Below, piece by piece: positions 45,879 through 58,927 of a stretch of 64,000 bases of DNA. The number at the start of each line of letters is the position of its first letter. Position 1 is the stretch's first letter. The stretch is taken from the NCBI GenBank assembly GCA_951406725.2, contig OX597832.1:48484001-48548000 (forward strand), written 5' to 3'. The stretch comes from Octopus vulgaris. Taxonomy: Eukaryota. Both the position numbers and the translations under genes were made by a program. The notes beneath the pieces were generated by a model that was not told where the DNA came from, made no database searches, and worked only from the letters and a program-made list of their open reading frames with translations.

Positions 45879-46480
45879 TCAATATAGGGTGGCAAAAAAA
45901 AATTTGTAGAATTCTTTTGCCACCAGCGGCCTAGTAGGAAAAAATTAAATAGTCATAAACCATTTTTACGTTCAACATCACAATCAAGGAACGGCCATAA
46001 TAGGCCATTCACCCACTAGAAATAACAGCCAAAAGCTTTAACCGCAAAATAACATTAATTCAGTAAACCAGGAGAAAATTGAAAAACTTTTACCCTGTAA
46101 TTTCTTAGACGATGCACCGTTTCATCTACCGTTTAATGGTAAACTAACCTGATTAAATTAAATCAAGCCAATCCACCATAGGCCCTTAGACTCATCAGTA
46201 AGAAATAGCCAAGTCGGAACAGATATTTTTCACAAGGCATTCCTCTTGCTACCTCGGCAATATCTGACCTAAAATTTTCAAATCGTCGCACTCGCGCCAA
46301 ATTTATCGGCAGCAAATAAATATAAGCCACCGATTCCATTACGGAACTAACCAGAAAATTCATAATTAATCAATATAGGGTGGCAAAAAAAAATTTTGTA
46401 GAATTCTTTTGCCACCAGCGGCCTAGTAGGAAAAAATTAAATAGTCATAAACCATTTTTACGTTCAACATCACAATCAAG
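45874..46480 (-). mobile_element. 491-nt HHR-bearing unit as a partial tandem (about 1.23 copies)
   Basis: 45874-45988 is repeated at 46365-46480; left end in (TA)n; HHR at 46100-46206 on the minus strand. Confidence 0.85.
46100..46206 (-). ncRNA. Type I hammerhead ribozyme, canonical core, long stem II
   Basis: Reverse complement of 46929-47035. Confidence 0.85.
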
Positions 46481-46483
46481 TCG

Positions 46484-46591
46484 GTTCCGACTTGGCTATT
46501 TCTTACTGATGAGTCTAAGGGCCTATGGTGAATTGGCTTGATTTAATTTAATCAGGTTAGTTTACCATTAAACGGTAGATGAAACATCGTC
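46484..46591 (+). ncRNA. Inverted partial hammerhead copy ending at the GUC site
   Basis: GTTCCGACTTGG...CTGATGA...GATGAAACATCGTC followed by AAAAA. Confidence 0.75.
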
Positions 46592-46712
46592 AAAAAGAGA
46601 GAGAAAGAGAGAGAAATCCAGAAAGCCAGTAATAAAACGAGCAATAAACAAAACTGAACTGAATAAACGTTTGTAAGCAATATCAGAAGATTGAAGTCTT
46701 TTAAGAATCTAC

Positions 46713-47156
46713 AGGCCGCTGGTGGCAAAAGAATTCTACAAAATTTTTTTGCCACCCTATATTGATTAATTATGAATTTTCTGGTTAGTTCCGTAATGGA
46801 ATCGGTGGCTTATATTTATTTGCTGCCGATAAATTTGGCGCGAGTGCGACGATTTGAAAATTTTAGGTCAGATATTGCCGAGGTAGCAAGAGGAATGCCT
46901 CGTGAAAAATATCTGTTCCGACTTGGCTATTTCTTACTGATGAGTCTAAGGGCCTATGGTGGATTGGCTTGATTTAATTTAATCAGGTTAGTTTACCATT
47001 AAACGGTAGATGAAACGGTGCATCGTCTAAGAAATTACAGGGTAAAAGTTTTCAATTTTCTCCTGGTTTACTGAATTAATGTTATTTTGCGGTTAAAGCT
47101 TTTGGCTGTTATTTCTAGTGGGTGAATGGCCTATTATGGCCGTTCCTTGATTGTGA

Positions 47157-47158
<2 letters not shown>
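46713..47158 (+). mobile_element. Inverted, circularly permuted copy of the 491-nt unit
   Basis: Reverse complement of ~45976-46423; ends in (TA)n. Confidence 0.9.
46929..47035 (+). ncRNA. Type I hammerhead ribozyme, predicted cleavage after C47027
   Basis: Stem I AUUUCUUA/UAAGAAAU (8 bp), CUGAUGA, stem II GUCUA/UAGAU plus a 19-pair hairpin, GAAA, stem III ACGGU-GC-AUCGU, GUC triplet. Confidence 0.85.
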
Positions 47159-47201
<43 letters not shown>

Positions 47202-47730
47202 CATGTATTTATATATATATATAATGTGCAAATGTCACCACTTCCATACATGTTAATGTATATATGCCTGTTGGTGTGTGCATGCGTGTGTGTGTGTTTG
47301 TATATGGTGAGAGGGAGAGAGAGAGAGAGAGAAATCCAGAAAGCCAGTAATGAAACGAGCAATAAATGAAACTGAACTAAATAAACGTTTGTAAGCAATA
47401 TCAGAAGATTGAAGTCTTTTAAGAATCCACAGAGGGAGGACACAAGAAATACATTTTTTTATACAAGAGTTTAAAATCGCTTGAAGACACGAACGGAATT
47501 ATAGAGTGGGTGGTTATGCTACTGCTGCTGCTGCTGCTAACGACGACGACAACGATGATTATAATGATGATGATGATGATGATGAATGAAGAGGTGATGA
47601 TGAAGGTGATGATAATGAAATGGAAGAGGTTCGTGACAATGATGATGATGATGGTGGTGATGATGATGACGACGTTGACGACGACGATGATATTCAAGAT
47701 GGTGATGATGATGATGATGATGGGGAAGGG

Positions 47731-48007
47731 GTGATGATAATGAAGATGATGAAGAAGATGATACCGATGTTGATGATGATGATGAGGAGGAGGAGGAGGA
47801 AGTGGGTGATGATAATGAAGATGATAAAGAAGATGATACCGATGTTGATGATGATGATGAGGAGGAGGAAGAAGTGGGTGATGATAATGAAGATGATGAA
47901 GAAGATGATACCGATGTTGATGATGATGAGGAGGAGGAGGAAGAAGTGGGTGATGATAATGAAGATGATAAAGAAGATGATACCGATGATGATGATGAGG
48001 AAGAGGG

Positions 48008-48008
<1 letters not shown>
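47731..48008. repeat. 72-75-bp minisatellite, four copies, within (GAT)n low complexity
   Basis: Units start at 47731, 47806, 47878 and 47950. Confidence 0.9.
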
Positions 48009-48044
<36 letters not shown>

Positions 48045-48430
48045 GGGGAGGGGGTGGCGGATGGTGATGTTGCTGCGATCGGACGTTGATGCTGATAATG
48101 AAAAGGAACAGGCGGAGAATGATAGTGATGACGGTGATGGTTGATGATGACGACAAAAAGGAGGAAAACAAAGAGAAGAGGTGTGGTGATGATAGTGACG
48201 ATGATGATGAGAATCATAATGATGGTTATAAAGAGGAGGATGAGGAGGAAGGGAACGAGAAGAGCTATGGTCATGACAGTGATGTGATCGAAATCATTTT
48301 GATGTAGATGAGGATGAAAAAGGAGAAGGCTGGTGATGGCGATGATGATGATGATGAGGATAATGATGACGACGATAATGATGATGAAGATGCTGCTGCT
48401 TCTGCTGCTGATGATGATGATAATGATGAA

Positions 48431-48508
<78 letters not shown>

Positions 48509-48650
48509 ATTGATGGTGAAGATGATTTTGGTTAAATACAATTAGAGGAATGTTAATGAAAATACAAAGCTCTTCTTCTGTTTGGATTGGAAATATTCAG
48601 TTGTTGAAATTGCCAAACACGTTTTCATTCACATGTATTAGACAGACGTG

Positions 48651-48694
<44 letters not shown>

Positions 48695-48912
48695 GAGACA
48701 GATAGATCAATAAATAGATAGACAGATAGATAGATAAATAGATAGATAGATAGAGAAAAAGATAAAGCTAGATAGAGCCACAAGAATTTTTAATATTTCT
48801 TTAACGTTCATACCAGTTGCAGCGTAGCCTTGGCCAGTACATAGGTTTTGCCCTCTGGCCATCTTATATATATGTGTATATATATACATACAAACATATA
48901 TATATACATACA

Positions 48913-48944
<32 letters not shown>

Positions 48945-48948
<4 letters not shown>

Positions 48949-49243
48949 CGTGATCACCGTGACCGACCAGGCTATCAGATGTTATTACACATCGCTTCGC
49001 ATTGTTTTAGCCTTCAAATGACGCCACCCCGCAGGCTAAGCGAGCAGGCCAACAGAAGAAAGAGTGAGAGAAAGTTGTGGCGAAAGAGTAAAGCAGGGAT
49101 CGCCACCACCCCCTGCCGGAGCGTCGTGGAGCTTTTAGGTGTTTTCGCTCAATAAACACTCACAACGCTCAGTCTGGGAATCGAAACCGCGATCCTACGA
49201 CCGCGAGTCCGCTGCCCTAACCACTGGGCCATTGCGCCTCCAC
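48945..49243 (-). mobile_element. SINE family C with an alternative 3' tail
   Basis: Head and central part match 52778; the tail ends ...GGTCGGTCACGGTGATCACGGTGA. Confidence 0.85.
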
Positions 49244-49305
49244 TTATATATTTATATATATATCGCTTATTAGGCTGGTAAATGGACAAACGTTATGTAT
49301 GTATA

Positions 49306-49377
<72 letters not shown>

Positions 49378-49887
49378 CGCATACATACATACATACATAC
49401 ATACATACATACATACATACATACATACATACACGCACATATATATGTATATATGAAACCTGTATCCCTGGTCTGGATGAATGCTATATGCAGCGATAGT
49501 CACGGATAGACTTGTGAGATGTAGATTAATAGTCAGGAAGGCCTGGTGTCTTCGATTCGTCATCCAGTTTACATATTTGAGCAAGAAATCATATTGATAT
49601 TAGCATGACAACCATAATACACACACTCAACAAAGGGAAAGAGAGAGAGAGAGAGAGAGAGAGGGGTGGGGAGAAAGAGAGAAAGTGACAGAGCCAGGAA
49701 GTGATATATCATCACCGAAGCACGCTCATACACATGTGTGTATATTTGCACAAGAATTCATATTACTATCGGCATGAAAACGATAAAATTATTAAGGGCG
49801 TGGCTGCGATTTAATCGAGTCGGCTTACAAAACATTTCAATACAGACATCTTTACAATGCTGACGTCTAAGTAATATACACACATGC

Positions 49888-49976
<89 letters not shown>

Positions 49977-49984
49977 CCTATCTA

Positions 49985-50081
<97 letters not shown>

Positions 50082-50116
50082 GTATCTATCTATCTGTCTG
50101 TCTATCTATCTAAATA

Positions 50117-50290
50117 TAGTTGAAATTTATAGAAAATCAAAAGACGAAGACAGTTGTATGAACAACAAGCAAGTGTATCATTTTGACGCTCGGGAAAATG
50201 AAAATCTCTTTTACGTTTCGAACCTATGCTCTTCAATAAGAGAAAACTGAGAGAGAATGATTAAAATTTGCAGGTTTCAGCGGTCCAGCA
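50117..50290 (-). mobile_element. Degenerate copy of the CUGUUGA-family pLTR-like unit
   Basis: Aligns by eye with 42431-42560. Confidence 0.6.
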
Positions 50291-50302
50291 AACACACACA
50301 CA

Positions 50303-50343
<41 letters not shown>

Positions 50344-50348
50344 ACACA

Positions 50349-50401
<53 letters not shown>

Positions 50402-50428
50402 ACACACACACGCACGTACGCACGCACG

Positions 50429-50478
<50 letters not shown>

Positions 50479-50482
50479 AATA

Positions 50483-50687
50483 TAGTTAATCCAAACATGA
50501 ACAAAGAGAAAACACAACAACGCGAGGACGTGGAACAAGTATAGTTTTATTGGACGCTCAGGAAAGGAAAGAAAGAAGGAGGATTTAACGTTTCGAGCGG
50601 AGCTCCTCGTTAGAAACATAGAAAAAAGAAAGATCCAAGGAAGGGGAGACGGAGGAAGAAAATCACCAACGATACACACGCGGTCAC

Positions 50688-50692
<5 letters not shown>
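50483..50692 (-). mobile_element. ~210-bp HHR unit, second copy (core CUAACGA, 50583-50617)
   Basis: Reverse complement match to 952-1162. Confidence 0.75.
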
Positions 50693-50769
<77 letters not shown>

Positions 50770-50774
50770 TAAAC

Positions 50775-51535
50775 ACCCAGAACTACGACTGGGTGTTAAA
50801 GAAGTAGCTCAATAACTCAAATGTGGACATGATATATCTGAACTTTGAAAAATGAGCATTGTATATGTCAGAAGCAGTGTAATTTCGGCATAGTCTGAAA
50901 AATTGGTGAGTGACTACACGGCTTTCTAAAAGATAGAAATCAGGTAGTTGCAGCCAACGGGGTTAGTTCTGAGGAAACGGAAATCATGAATGGTGTCCAA
51001 CTGAGCATTGTCTTGGGATCACTACTATTCATAGCGGTCCCTCTAAGACATGCCCTCAGCTGCTCCGATAGGCACCCTTGTTTGTAATGCAGAGGATGCA
51101 AAACTTTCTCAGGGGATGCAGAACACTGGAAATTTTGCGTACCTCCAACAAAAGTTGGACGCGATATACAGGTGGGCTGAGGACAATAACACGTAACTTA
51201 ATGCTGGAAAATTCCAAGCCCTTCGCCACTATCATACGAAGCTGAATGAAAATCAGTCAGGATACACTGGTCCACGAGAGATTGGGCTTTGACGAGAGTA
51301 ATGATGCATCTTTTCAGGTGCATATTACTAGGTTGTCAATAATATGCAGACGCTTAGTCGGATGGTTCCTTAGAACTTTCAGATCGAGAGAACAGGAAGC
51401 CAGGATGGTCCTCTGGGGGACATTTGTCCTCAGCTGTTTAGACTACCGCTCCCGACTATGTAAAATTAACGACGGAATTGAAGCAATCCAGCGATGCCAC
51501 TGCAGAACTGCAGCTCCCGAGTTGAAACTAGTAAT
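50775..51535 (+). mobile_element. Decayed CR1/L2-group LINE reverse transcriptase 3' fragment with tail
   Basis: VDMIYLNF, FLKDRNQVVAANG, NGVQLSIVLGSLLF, NAEDAKL (decayed FADDTK), LQQKLDAIYRWAEDN, GWFLRTFRSRE, LDY, IEAIQR; stops and frameshifts present. Confidence 0.85.
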
Positions 51536-51599
51536 ATATATATATATAACTCCATGTCCCCCTACATGGCCTTGCTTTTTGCCTTTTGAGCCCCAAAAT

Positions 51600-51697
<98 letters not shown>

Positions 51698-51790
51698 TAT
51701 GCATACATATATATATGTATATTTATGTATATACACACTCTAGGTACATACACATATCTAATACTTCAATGATTATATACATATGCATTA

Positions 51791-51821
<31 letters not shown>

Positions 51822-51980
51822 AACATATATAATGAAATTATATAGACAAGGGGAGAAAGAAGGGGAAACAGTAAGAGAAGAAGAGAGAGAAGGAGACAGT
51901 GAGAAAAACTGGTGTCTACCACCTCTACCTCTTTAGCACTTAATCACTCTTGATTCCCTCACGCAATGTGATCTAAATAC

Positions 51981-52011
<31 letters not shown>

Positions 52012-52062
52012 TGTATGTATGTATGTATGTATGTATGTATGTATGTATGTATATATGTATGT

Positions 52063-52114
<52 letters not shown>

Positions 52115-52521
52115 ATAACTATATATATATACATGTATTATAAATCATATAAGTAACACATCGGTTTCCTTCCTCAACAGCCCAAAGTGACTGCCTCTTT
52201 CAGCAAATTGGTAACCAAGCACCGAACTCTGATTCTTCGTGCAACTAAAAAGCAAAGCACCATCCCCCAAGAGTGGGAATTACCAAGAGAAATCTCTCAA
52301 GAATACATTCACAGACAACTAACAACACAGGCTTGAAGACAACTGATAAGAAATACAAGAAAATGTCATCAACCGCAAAAAATAAAATTGTAATGAAATA
52401 TATAATAAAAACAGAAATAAAAATTCCGGTGACATTCAACAATACCCAGAAGTATAGATGCAAGAATTTACAGCTAATGTAAATAATATACAAACCAAGA
52501 AATTGGTTTTTCTTAAACTGC

Positions 52522-52552
<31 letters not shown>

Positions 52553-52777
52553 GTAATATATAAGTAAATAATTTTGACGTTGAAAGGAAAGATGTCAACG
52601 TTTTTTTTCCTGTGTCGTGCAGAATGCTAAAATTCCATCGGAATCGAGTTTTATCTCTAAATATTTTATGGTTAGTCTCAGTCAAGCCGTTACCAAATTA
52701 TGGTTTGTTTTATAAAGAGCAGCCACGTAGGCATTGTCGTATACATTGCTATTCATATGCAGCTTAATATATCGTCC

Positions 52778-53164
52778 GTGGCAGCGCAATGGCCCAGTGG
52801 TTAGGGCAGCGGACTCGCGGTCGTAGGATCGCGGTTTCGATTCCCAGACCGGGCGTTGTGAGTGATTATTGAGCGAAAACACGTAAAGCTCCACGAGTCT
52901 CAAGCAGGGAATGGTGGTGATCCCTGCTGTACTCTTTCACCACAACTTTCTCTCACTCTTACTTCCTGTTTCTGTTGTACCTGTATTTCAAAGGGCCGGC
53001 CTTGTCACTCTCTGTGTCACGCTGAATATCCCCGAGAACTACGTTAAGGGTACACGTGTCTGTGGAGTGCTCAGCCGCGTACACGTTAATTTCACGAGCA
53101 GGCTGTTCCGTTGATTCGGATCAACCGGAACCCTCGTCGTCGTAACCGACGGAGTGTTTCTCTC
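52778..53164 (+). mobile_element. SINE family C, full length with 13-bp TSD
   Basis: TAATATATCGTCC at 52765-52777 and 53165-53177. Confidence 0.9.
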
Positions 53165-53388
53165 TAATATATCGTCCATATAAACATTTTACACGGACAA
53201 CCAATGTATACGTGTTGCAGTAATTGTTGATGGGAAATATTACCGTCTATCATCGTACATCTCTTGAAGATAATCTATGAAGTTCGTATCTTTATGCTTA
53301 GAAGTAACAGTCCCGTAAAACGCATCTAGAGCGCTAATTGAGGTATCATTTTATATGTGTGTATGTGTGTGTGTGTCAGAGTGCGTAC

Positions 53389-53429
<41 letters not shown>

Positions 53430-53476
53430 GTGAATTGAAGAAATGGAGCTGAACGAAGATTGAACAGAAATCGTTT

Positions 53477-53569
53477 TATTTCATTCTACACGTGTTTCGA
53501 AAGGCACAATTTACCAAAATCCGATTGAGTAATGAGACCATATTGTGTCTTTCTCTTCAGGAAGAAATA
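53477..53569 (-). ncRNA. Type I hammerhead ribozyme (inverted copy)
   Basis: Reverse complement of 53670-53762. Confidence 0.8.
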
Positions 53570-53669
53570 GGAAATCCGTTGGAAAGTTTTTGCCATGGGC
53601 TCTTAGGAGCCTAGTTCGATTTGTTTTGCTCCGCCTCTGTTCTGTTTTTGTTTTTTCCAACGGATTTCC

Positions 53670-53762
53670 TATTTCTTCCTGAAGAGAAAGACACAATATG
53701 GTCTCATTACTCAATCGGATTTTGGTAAATTGTGCCTTTCGAAACACGTGTAGAATGAAATA
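53670..53762 (+). ncRNA. Type I hammerhead ribozyme, predicted cleavage after A53752
   Basis: UAUUUC-UUC-CUGAAGA-GAAAG-A-CACAAU...AUUGUG-C-CUUUC-GAA-ACACGUGU-A-GAA-U-GAAAUA. Confidence 0.8.
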
Positions 53763-53969
53763 AAACGATTTCTGTTCAATCTTCGTTCAGCTCCATTTCT
53801 TCAATTCACCAATAATATTAAAATTCAATTATCCGCACCAACGCACGGTTGCAACACCATATGGTTGTACCTCCAACCGTGCTGTCTTCTGGTGTGATTT
53901 TTGCTACCAAGGTATCGGTTAAACTTTTGATTAATCTGCTACAAGATTATTCATCTTTCTATTTCACAT

Positions 53970-54009
<40 letters not shown>

Positions 54010-54011
54010 AT

Positions 54012-54441
54012 AGGCGTAGGAGGGCTGTGTGGTAAGTAGCTTGCTTACCAACCACATGGTTCCGGGTTCATTCCCACTGCGTGGCACCTTGGGCAAATGT
54101 CTTTTACTATAGCCTCGAGCTATAGATTTGGTAGACGGAAACTGAATGAAGCCTGTCGTATATATGTATACATACACACACACACACATATATATATATG
54201 TATGTATGTATGTATGTGTGTATATGTTTGTGTGTCTGTGTTTGTCACCCCTTCCAATGTCGCTTGACAACCGATGCTGGTGTGTTTACGCCCTCGTAAC
54301 TTAGCGGTTCGGCAAAAGAGACCAATAGAATAAGTACTAGGCTTACAAAGAATAAGTCCTGGGGTTGATTTGATCGACTAAAGGCGGTCCTCCAGCATGG
54401 CCACAGTCAAATGACTGAAGCCAGTAAAAGAGTAAAAGAGT
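54012..54441 (+). mobile_element. SINE family B, near full length
   Basis: Head to AGTAAAAG tail. Confidence 0.9.
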
Positions 54442-54513
54442 ATATATATATATATATATATATATGTACGTATGTAAGTAAGTATGCATGTCTATACGGA
54501 GGGGGGAATAGCC

Positions 54514-54596
<83 letters not shown>

Positions 54597-55117
54597 GCCG
54601 TAGGTGGGGAGAGAAGGTTAAAGAGAGAGAGACAGAGGTAGAGGAGGAAGAAAGAGAGGGGAAGAGAGGGAGAGTGGGAAGGAGAGAGATAGAGAGAGGT
54701 AGAGAAAGACGGAGAGAGAGAGAGAGGGAGGAAGAGGCAGGGAGAGAAGAAGACAGAGAGAGAAGGAGACAGTAAGAAAAACTGTTCTACCTCCTCTATT
54801 TCTTGAGCTTTTAATCAGTCGATTCCCTCACGCAATGTGATCTAAACTTCTGATAGAATTAGAAAACCAATTTAATTGCATGAGAATTACTGTTTACATA
54901 AAAGTATGTAAAATTAATTAATTCCAATCACGTACATAGGTGCCTTGTAGGCGCACTATGGTTGAATGGTTGTGAAATTCGTTTTGAAATTATGCATTTC
55001 CGGTTTCGATCTCACAAAGTGGTATGATGGGCACATGTAATTTTCTATCGCTCCGGATCGAGCCATTCCTTGGAAGTGAAGTTACGTCGACAGAAACTGT
55101 ACGGGAATCTGTAGAAG

Positions 55118-55720
55118 GTGGCGAGCTGGCAGACACGTTAGCACGCCGGGCGAAATGCTTAGCGGTATTTCGTCTGCTGCTACGTTCTGAGTTCAAATTC
55201 AGCCGAGGTCGACTTCGCCTTTCATCTTTTCGTGGTCGATAAATCAAGTACCAGTTACGCACTGGGGTCGATGTAATCGATTTAATCCGTTTGTCTTTCC
55301 TTGTTTGTCCTCTCTGTGTTAAGCCCCTTGTGGGTAGTAAAGAAATATGTATTTCGTCTGTCGTTACGTTCTGAATTCAAATTTCGCCAAAGTCGACTTT
55401 GCCTTTCATCTTTTCAGAATCGATTAAATAAGTACCAGTTACGCACTGGCTTCGATGTAATCGACTTAATCCGTTTGTCTGTCTTTGATTGTCCCCTCAG
55501 TGTTTAGCCCCTTGTGGTTTAGTAAAGAAATAGGTATTTCTTCTGTCGTTACGTTCTGAATTCAAATTTCGCCGAGATCGACTTTGCCTTTCATCCTTTC
55601 GGGGTCGATAAATTATGTACCAGTTACGCACTGGGGTCGATGTAATCGACTTAATCCCTTTGTTTATCTTTGTTTTGTCCCCTCTATGTTTAGCCCCTTG
55701 TGGGCAGTAAAGAAATAAGA
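55118..55720 (+). mobile_element. SINE family A trimer
   Basis: One head, three bodies. Confidence 0.9.
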
Positions 55721-56089
55721 AATTGCGCAGGAATCTCGTTAGGGTCTGTGATTTAAAAGGTATGAAGTCTTGTCACACGAAATCGCGTTGGTGAGTTTGA
55801 AAAAGACGTATGTAGAAAGTGTTTGGGGATTTAATAACAGAAATGACGTGTCAAGGGAATACAAATGACAAGGGAATAGAAATGACAAGGGAATACAAAT
55901 GACATGTTAAGGGGATACAAATAATAGAGACGGTAGTAGTTGAATTCTGTGACACGTCGGAGGGAGAAGGCGAAGATTATGAAGGAAACGAATTGATTTT
56001 GCGTAAGGAGTGCTCCATCAGCGCATTCTTAAATGTAAAGATCGTACAAGTCTTGGGTGGAGCTGATGGAAGGAAACGTACACGCACGC

Positions 56090-56154
<65 letters not shown>

Positions 56155-56901
56155 GTGAGTTTTAGAAATGAAATTCAAGGACCGGAAGGACAATGCAAGG
56201 GTTATGTTGGAGACGAGGTGATTTGGGGCTGCACCAACGCATTCTTAAATGTAACGGTAGAGGAGTAGGGGCCGAAACTGGACGTGGTTCCTCCTGATGA
56301 TATCTTGAGCTAACTGGATCCTATAAAGGAGCTGTTGTGGTAGCAGACCACGAAACACGGTTTTAATTTCTTCCCTGAAAGCGACTTCGAAATTTCGGAC
56401 AGCTAAAGCATCGTCCGACGAGAGTTCAGCTACCACACGCGCGCATGCGCACGTAGACACTACTGCTTTATTCGTCTAATAGCTGGAATAAGAAATCTGT
56501 GCCAATACAAAAGATCAGATTTTTCTACAAAGGATAATCTAAGGTAATGTTTAAAATACATACACACACAGACACGCACAAATCGCTCAGTCTCTCTCTG
56601 TCAGTATATATACGTATATAAACACATACATAATTTATATATATGTATGTGTGTGTGTGTGTGTGTGTGTACATATACATATATCATACACACACGGATA
56701 CACAGACACACACACACACAAACACATATGCACATATCCATAAATATACACTTTCTCCTTTGTATATTAAATATTCTTGCGCCAGGAAATTGGGTATATC
56801 CCATGTCTGGTCTGTCTAAACAGCTTACGTTAAATCAGATTTGGTTTAATGGGAATTCAATTTGATGAGTCTGCTGCCGTTTTCGCTACTCCTAGAGTTA
56901 C

Positions 56902-57185
<284 letters not shown>

Positions 57186-57412
57186 GTAGTAGTAGTAGTT
57201 ATAGTAATAGTACTAGTAGTAGTTTAGTTGTTGTTGTTGTTGTTGTTGGAACACTTGTAGCTCTAAACGTACAGATTATATGTTGTGTGTTATCCATTCT
57301 GGCTTTGGTTCTGCCATGTACAACTAATCGTTGCTACAGATCTTAAGAAGATTCTGAATTCCTAGTTAACTGGATTATACACAACACACACACGTACACA
57401 GACACACATACA

Positions 57413-57456
<44 letters not shown>

Positions 57457-57664
57457 CTTATATATTTGCATGTGGTAAATTTACCACAATTCATCTATAT
57501 AAGTACACACACACATATATATATATATATGCATGTAAATATATATATACGTACATACATATATATGTATATATACATATATATATATATGTGTGTGTGT
57601 ACATATATATACGTACATACATATGTATATGTACATATATATGTGTATATGCATATTTGTATAC

Positions 57665-57704
<40 letters not shown>

Positions 57705-57986
57705 ACATATACACATATATAAATAGGTATATATATACATATATATATATACATATATAGATATATATGTATGTGTGCATACATATATATGTGCACACAA
57801 ATACACAGATGTATACGTATGCACATATATATATGTATGTGTGTATGTATGTATGTATGTAAGTATGCATACATGCTTTATTGAGATTATTATATATGCC
57901 ATACATATAAAATGAAACATGTATGCATCACTGTATATATGCATATATGTTTGTGAGTATATACACAAACGTGAAAATGGGTATAC

Positions 57987-58927
<941 letters not shown>

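Larger units (their letters stand above)
53421..53818. mobile_element. Inverted pLTR pair (165-bp arms, 68-bp spacer) of a PLE-type insertion extending to ~53972
   Basis: 53421-53585 is the reverse complement of 53654-53818; (TA)n on both sides of the insertion. Confidence 0.85.

Noticed and set aside
45888-45934. Hairpin followed by CTAG resembling a Helitron 3' end
   Set aside because: The unit continues past CTAG in both tandem copies. The HHR, (TA)n targets and inversions fit a PLE/retrozyme better. Retained only as a minor alternative.
46772-46972. 66-aa ORF (also at 46163-46363) in the 491-nt unit
   Set aside because: It is preserved only because the copies are near-identical, has no recognisable domain, and overlaps the ribozyme. 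Coding is not excluded but is unsupported.
52778-52855. tRNA-Arg-like and tRNA-Ser-like (33235-33300) sequences as tRNA genes
   Set aside because: Acceptor stems are incomplete, and the first continues into a SINE body with a TSD; these are SINE-type heads.
55840-55922. 17-bp AAATGACAAGGGAATA(C/G) tandem repeats
   Set aside because: An ordinary short minisatellite.
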